NCBI GenBank assembly: GCA_963847705.1
Contig: CAWKBC010000034.1
Location: forward strand, 64,001 to 128,000
DNA: 64,000 nt
From: an uncultured Pseudomonadota bacterium
GTDB lineage: Bacteria > Myxococcota_A > Polyangia > Fen-1088
Reading direction: 5' to 3'
Within the stretch, counting starts at the first letter, position 1. Every line of letters begins with the position of its first letter. The position numbers and the translations under genes were made by a program. Positions 60,341-64,000 of this stretch are shown here, piece after piece. The notes under the pieces are model-generated. The model saw nothing but the letters and a program-made list of their open reading frames with translations. It searched no databases and was not told the DNA's origin.

Positions 60341-60488
60341 GTGGAGTCTCCTCCCTCTGTCTGACTTCGAAGATGGGACTCTCCGGAACGGTGGGCAACC
60401 CGTCGCCGATCGGACCCGACCGACGAGCTCGTCGATCACGGCGAGACCTCGTGCAGGCCTCGGCGGCGTGGTAGACGCACAGCTCTGA

Positions 60489-61616
60489 ATGCGGCCACGC
60501 GTCCTGACGCTGTTTCCGAGCGCCGTTGGTGGCGGCGCCGAACGGCTGGTGTTCGAACAGATGCGGTTCCACGACGGCGGCCGCTACGACTACGCCGCGA
60601 TCGCGCTGCGCAAGGGGAAGCTTCATCCGCAGTTCGCCGCGTTTCCCTGCTACTCCACCACGAACGCGGGTCTCAAGCTCAGCCCGTTGGTGCTTCACAA
60701 GCTCCACCGCATCATTCAGTCGCGGGGGATCGACCTGCTTCACACCCACCTGCAGGAGGCCGACTTCTACGGATTTTGGTTGAAGAAGCTCAACCCGCGG
60801 CTTCACTGGATCTCGACCCGGCACAACACCGACGCCTTCCGCACGAGGGCGTTCTGGCGCGCGGTCAATGCGTCGATGTCGCACCGCACGGAGCGGGTGA
60901 TCGCGGTGTCGGACGCCGTGCGGGACTTCGTGGCGTCGTACGAGCGCATTCCGCTGGAGAAGCTGGTGGTGGTTCGCAACGGCATCGATCTGAGCCGGTT
61001 CGCCGATCGTCCGCCGCGCGCGGAGGCGCGGGCGTCCTTGAATCTGCCGGCGGGTGACTTCGTCGTCGGGATCGTTGGCCGGCTCTCCCCGCAAAAGGGG
61101 CACCACTTCCTGTTCGAGGCCGCGGCCAGATTGATTGCCGAGATCCCCAACCTTCGTCTGCTGGTCGTCGGCGAAGGTCAGCTGAAGGGGCGCCTGCAAC
61201 GTCTGGCGCGCGCCCTGGGGATCACGGAGAGGGTCTCCTTCGTCGGCTTTCGCCCCGACATGGGGAGCCTCTATGCGACCATGGATCTGCTGGCCATGCC
61301 GTCGCTGTTCGAGGGGCTGCCGCTGGTGCTGGTCGAGGCCCTCGTCTGCGAGAGGGTGGCCGTCGGCGCGCGCGCCCCCGGCATCACCGACGTGCTCGAG
61401 GATGGCAAGAACGGCCTCCTGGTGAAGGTCGGCGACGTCGAGGCGCTGGCGGCAGCCATCGCGCGCGTCTTCCGGGGCGAGTACGATCGCGACATGCCGA
61501 GACGGGCCCGCGAGGCGGCCATGGCCGAGTACGACATCAAGACCTACCTCGCGCGGTTGGAGGCGATCTATCTCGAGCAGTGTCGCCGGGGTACTCTGCC
61601 TTCCACCAGCGCATGA
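60489..61616 (+). CDS. glycosyltransferase family 4
   Basis: [21 protein letters not shown]. Confidence 0.93.
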   Translation: MRPRVLTLFPSAVGGGAERLVFEQMRFHDGGRYDYAAIALRKGKLHPQFAAFPCYSTTNAGLKLSPLVLHKLHRIIQSRGIDLLHTHLQEADFYGFWLKKLNPRLHWISTRHNTDAFRTRAFWRAVNASMSHRTERVIAVSDAVRDFVASYERIPLEKLVVVRNGIDLSRFADRPPRAEARASLNLPAGDFVVGIVGRLSPQKGHHFLFEAAARLIAEIPNLRLLVVGEGQLKGRLQRLARALGITERVSFVGFRPDMGSLYATMDLLAMPSLFEGLPLVLVEALVCERVAVGARAPGITDVLEDGKNGLLVKVGDVEALAAAIARVFRGEYDRDMPRRAREAAMAEYDIKTYLARLEAIYLEQCRRGTLPSTSA

Positions 61617-62551
61617 AGATCAGGCAGATCTTGCACGGTTTGGCGACGCTCATTCCTGGCGTCGTCCCGATCTTCGGTCGCGGCGGGGGCGGCACCAAAT
61701 CGGCCCGCTATTGCTATTCGGTCTGGCTGCGCCACCTGGTGGCGACGTTCGAGAGCGGTCTTTGGAACAACCCCCAATCGGTGGCCGAGCTCGGCCCGGG
61801 CGACTCGCTGGGCGTGGGGCTGGCCGCGCTCGTTTCGGGCGTCGAGACGTACGACGCCTTCGACGTGGTCAAGCACGCGCAGGTCAAACGGAACGAAGCG
61901 ACGCTCGACGAGATCATCGTGCTCTTTCGCCAGCGGGCGGGGATCCCCGGCGAGGAGGAGCTCCCCGAGGTGAAGCCCCGGCTGGCCAGCTACGCCTTCC
62001 CCGGTCACATCCTGACGGAGGTGCACCTCGCCGCCGCCCTCGACCAGGCGCGCCTCGACCGGATTCGCGAGTCGGTCAGACACCCCAACGTCCCCGGCTC
62101 GATGATCGCCTACCGCACCTGCTACTTCGACGAGAGCGCCATCGAGCGCGACTCGATCGATCTGCTGTTCTCGCAGGCGGTGCTCGAGCACGTGGACGAC
62201 TTGCTCGGCGCCTACCGTGCCATGCGCCTCTGGCTCAAACCGGGCGGCGTGATCTCGCACGAGATCGATTTCCGCTGTCACAAGACCGCGCACGACTGGA
62301 ACGGCCACTGGGGTTACTCCGACCGGATCTGGGCGCTGATTCGCGGAAAACGCTCCTACCTCCTCAATCGCGAGCCCTGCTCCCGTCACCTGCAGCTGAT
62401 GGCGGACAATGGGTTCGAGGTCGCCGGCTCTGACAGGGAGAAGATCGCGTCATGCCTGGCGAAGGCCGCCCTGGCGCCGCGCTTTCGACAGCTCAGCGAA
62501 GATGACCTGACCACCTGCACGGCGCACCTCCTGGGCGTCAAGCGCAGCTAG
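61613..62551 (+). CDS. SAM-dependent methyltransferase-domain protein
   Basis: ELGPG motif I, SQAVLEHV, LKPGG; ATGA overlap with the GT4 gene. Confidence 0.85.
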   Translation: MKIRQILHGLATLIPGVVPIFGRGGGGTKSARYCYSVWLRHLVATFESGLWNNPQSVAELGPGDSLGVGLAALVSGVETYDAFDVVKHAQVKRNEATLDEIIVLFRQRAGIPGEEELPEVKPRLASYAFPGHILTEVHLAAALDQARLDRIRESVRHPNVPGSMIAYRTCYFDESAIERDSIDLLFSQAVLEHVDDLLGAYRAMRLWLKPGGVISHEIDFRCHKTAHDWNGHWGYSDRIWALIRGKRSYLLNREPCSRHLQLMADNGFEVAGSDREKIASCLAKAALAPRFRQLSEDDLTTCTAHLLGVKRS

Positions 62552-62588
62552 GAGGCGTTGCCTCGCCGGTGAGGCTGCTTGGGCTCCT

Positions 62589-63035
62589 TCAACGGCTTTG
62601 GCGCGCCTGAAATCGCTCGGACAGAACTCCGACGAGCTGACTCCAACCCTCCTCGTGAAGCCGGCCGAAGTCGTCGTCCGGGAGGTTGGCGTGGCGCAGT
62701 TGCAGGAGTGTGTTGTCCCCCTTCTTCTGGAGCTCGACCGTCACGATCGATTCGAGCCCGCGGGTGAAGGTCGACATCCAGCTGTATTGAATCTTGACGC
62801 CACGTTCGAGGCTGGTGAATCGCCCGAAATGCGCCCAGTTCTCTCCCGCCTTGCTGATCTTGTTGAAATAGAACATCCCGTCGACCTTGGGTTTGGGGTC
62901 GAAGATCAGCTTGCTGGAGTTGTGCCAGGGCGTGCCCGGGTTTTCGGTGTCGAGCCAGGCGTCGTAGACCTCGGCAGGCGAGGCCGGGATGGTGCGGTTG
63001 AGGGTGATGTCCATGGTCTTGGTCTTCGCGGTCAT
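62589..63035 (-). CDS. SRPBCC/AHSA1 domain protein
   Basis: RTIPASPAEVYDAW, T.L.L.H, HEEGW; ATGA overlap with the ArsR gene. Confidence 0.9.
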   Translation of the reverse strand: MTAKTKTMDITLNRTIPASPAEVYDAWLDTENPGTPWHNSSKLIFDPKPKVDGMFYFNKISKAGENWAHFGRFTSLERGVKIQYSWMSTFTRGLESIVTVELQKKGDNTLLQLRHANLPDDDFGRLHEEGWSQLVGVLSERFQARQSR

Positions 63036-63364
63036 GACTTTCTCCTTTTCTGTTTGAAGAATTCCTCGAGCTTGTCGAGGTGTTCGCTCCAGAAGCGCTC
63101 GTATTCGTGGACCCAGACCGACACCTTCCGCAGCGGCGCGGCGCGAAACGCGATGATGTGATCGCGCCCGATCTTCTCGCGCCGGACCAGGCCTGCCTCC
63201 TCCAGCACCTTGAGGTGCTTGGAGACGGCGTTGAGCGACACGTCGAACGGCGCGGCAATCTCGGTCACCCGCGCCGAACCGCCCGACAGCCGGGAGAGAA
63301 TCGCCCGGCGCACCGGATGCGAGATGGCCCCCAGAACATTGCTCAGGTCGTCCACGGATTTCAT
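63032..63364 (-). CDS. ArsR/SmtB family transcriptional regulator
   Basis: A.SHPVRR.IL, AVSKHLKVLEEAGLV. Confidence 0.93.
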   Translation of the reverse strand: MKSVDDLSNVLGAISHPVRRAILSRLSGGSARVTEIAAPFDVSLNAVSKHLKVLEEAGLVRREKIGRDHIIAFRAAPLRKVSVWVHEYERFWSEHLDKLEEFFKQKRRKS

Positions 63365-63386
63365 TCAACCAAACGGTTGAATGAAA
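63359..63386. promoter_or_regulatory. palindromic operator over the ArsR start codon
   Basis: Perfect 12-bp inverted repeat TTTCATTCAACC-AAAC-GGTTGAATGAAA. Confidence 0.8.
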
Positions 63387-63421
63387 CGCAAGGATTTTCT
63401 GGCAGCGCGCGTTCGACGACT

Positions 63422-64000
63422 TCAGAACAGCACGCCCAGCCCGAGCGACGCGGCCGGGACCCACTGGTCGATGACGCCGTGGTCGGGATCGTGGCTGACA
63501 AAGGTCGGGAGCTCGAGGTCGAGAAAACAGAGGAGGCGCACGTCGGAGGTCCGAAGCGCCTCCACCCCGACCCGCGCGGTGACGGCCAGGCCGCTGCCGG
63601 TCGCCACACCGACCGCCCCCGCGCCGTCGAGGAGGGCCGGCCCCTGGAAGCGCTGGTAGTCGAGGCCCACCAGCGCGCTCGCGAACAGCGAGAGAGACTC
63701 CACCGGACGGAAGTAGAAGGTCGCCGTGACCTGGGCATCGAACTGGACGGCCAGGTGCAGCGTGGCCGCCTCTGCCCCGGGGCTGAAGGCGCCCGCCAGC
63801 CGCACGCCGATCGCCACCTGGTCGATCTCGCGCCGCAACGTCAGGGCGACGCCGGGCAGCGTCGCCAGCGTGCCGCCGACCGGCGCCGCCAGCTCGTACG
63901 CCTCGAGGCCGTAGTGGGTGGTGCTGTGGAGCGCGAGCGCCCGCTCCTGCCGCACCAGCCAGCCCTGTGATTCCGGCCCGCGCAGGACCAGCGGATCGTT
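63422..64000 (-). CDS. hypothetical outer-membrane-type protein (3' part; runs off window)
   Basis: Frame is open to the window edge; amphipathic beta-strands ending LGVLF. Confidence 0.65.
   Translation of the reverse strand, partial: NDPLVLRGPESQGWLVRQERALALHSTTHYGLEAYELAAPVGGTLATLPGVALTLRREIDQVAIGVRLAGAFSPGAEAATLHLAVQFDAQVTATFYFRPVESLSLFASALVGLDYQRFQGPALLDGAGAVGVATGSGLAVTARVGVEALRTSDVRLLCFLDLELPTFVSHDPDHGVIDQWVPAASLGLGVLF

Overview
High-GC bacterial chromosomal segment, most likely Myxococcota (Polyangia-like). This is inferred from the Cys-rich and (GTGG)n-linker lipoproteins, a Hanks-type kinase and a VWA lipoprotein. It starts with core genes (partial rpsU, nadK, recN with a 1-nt frameshift, an M23 peptidase) and continues through a long run of accessory metabolic and envelope genes. 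The main block (about 20.2-30.9 kb) is a polyhydroxybutyrate island: two phasin-like paralogs, a tiny PhaE-like ORF, phaB, class III phaC, a KAS III enzyme, 3-hydroxybutyrate dehydrogenase and phaZ, with a divergent patatin and two porins. It has no phaA thiolase, and its KAS III looks like the acetoacetyl-CoA synthase NphT7, suggesting a natural malonyl-CoA-driven route to PHB. Other items: a fluoride riboswitch with a CLC-F exporter, hopanoid C-3 methylase hpnR, cydAB, formamidase, a DisA_N/DAC-domain protein, a stand-alone degenerate ethylene-receptor-like domain, and several structured intergenic repeats. One of these repeats has two inverted, co-varying copies flanking a 23-bp tandem array. 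No rRNA, tRNA, CRISPR array or transposase was recognised. Three apparent single-base frameshifts suggest residual indel errors in the assembly. All family calls come from motif recognition by eye, not from database searches.
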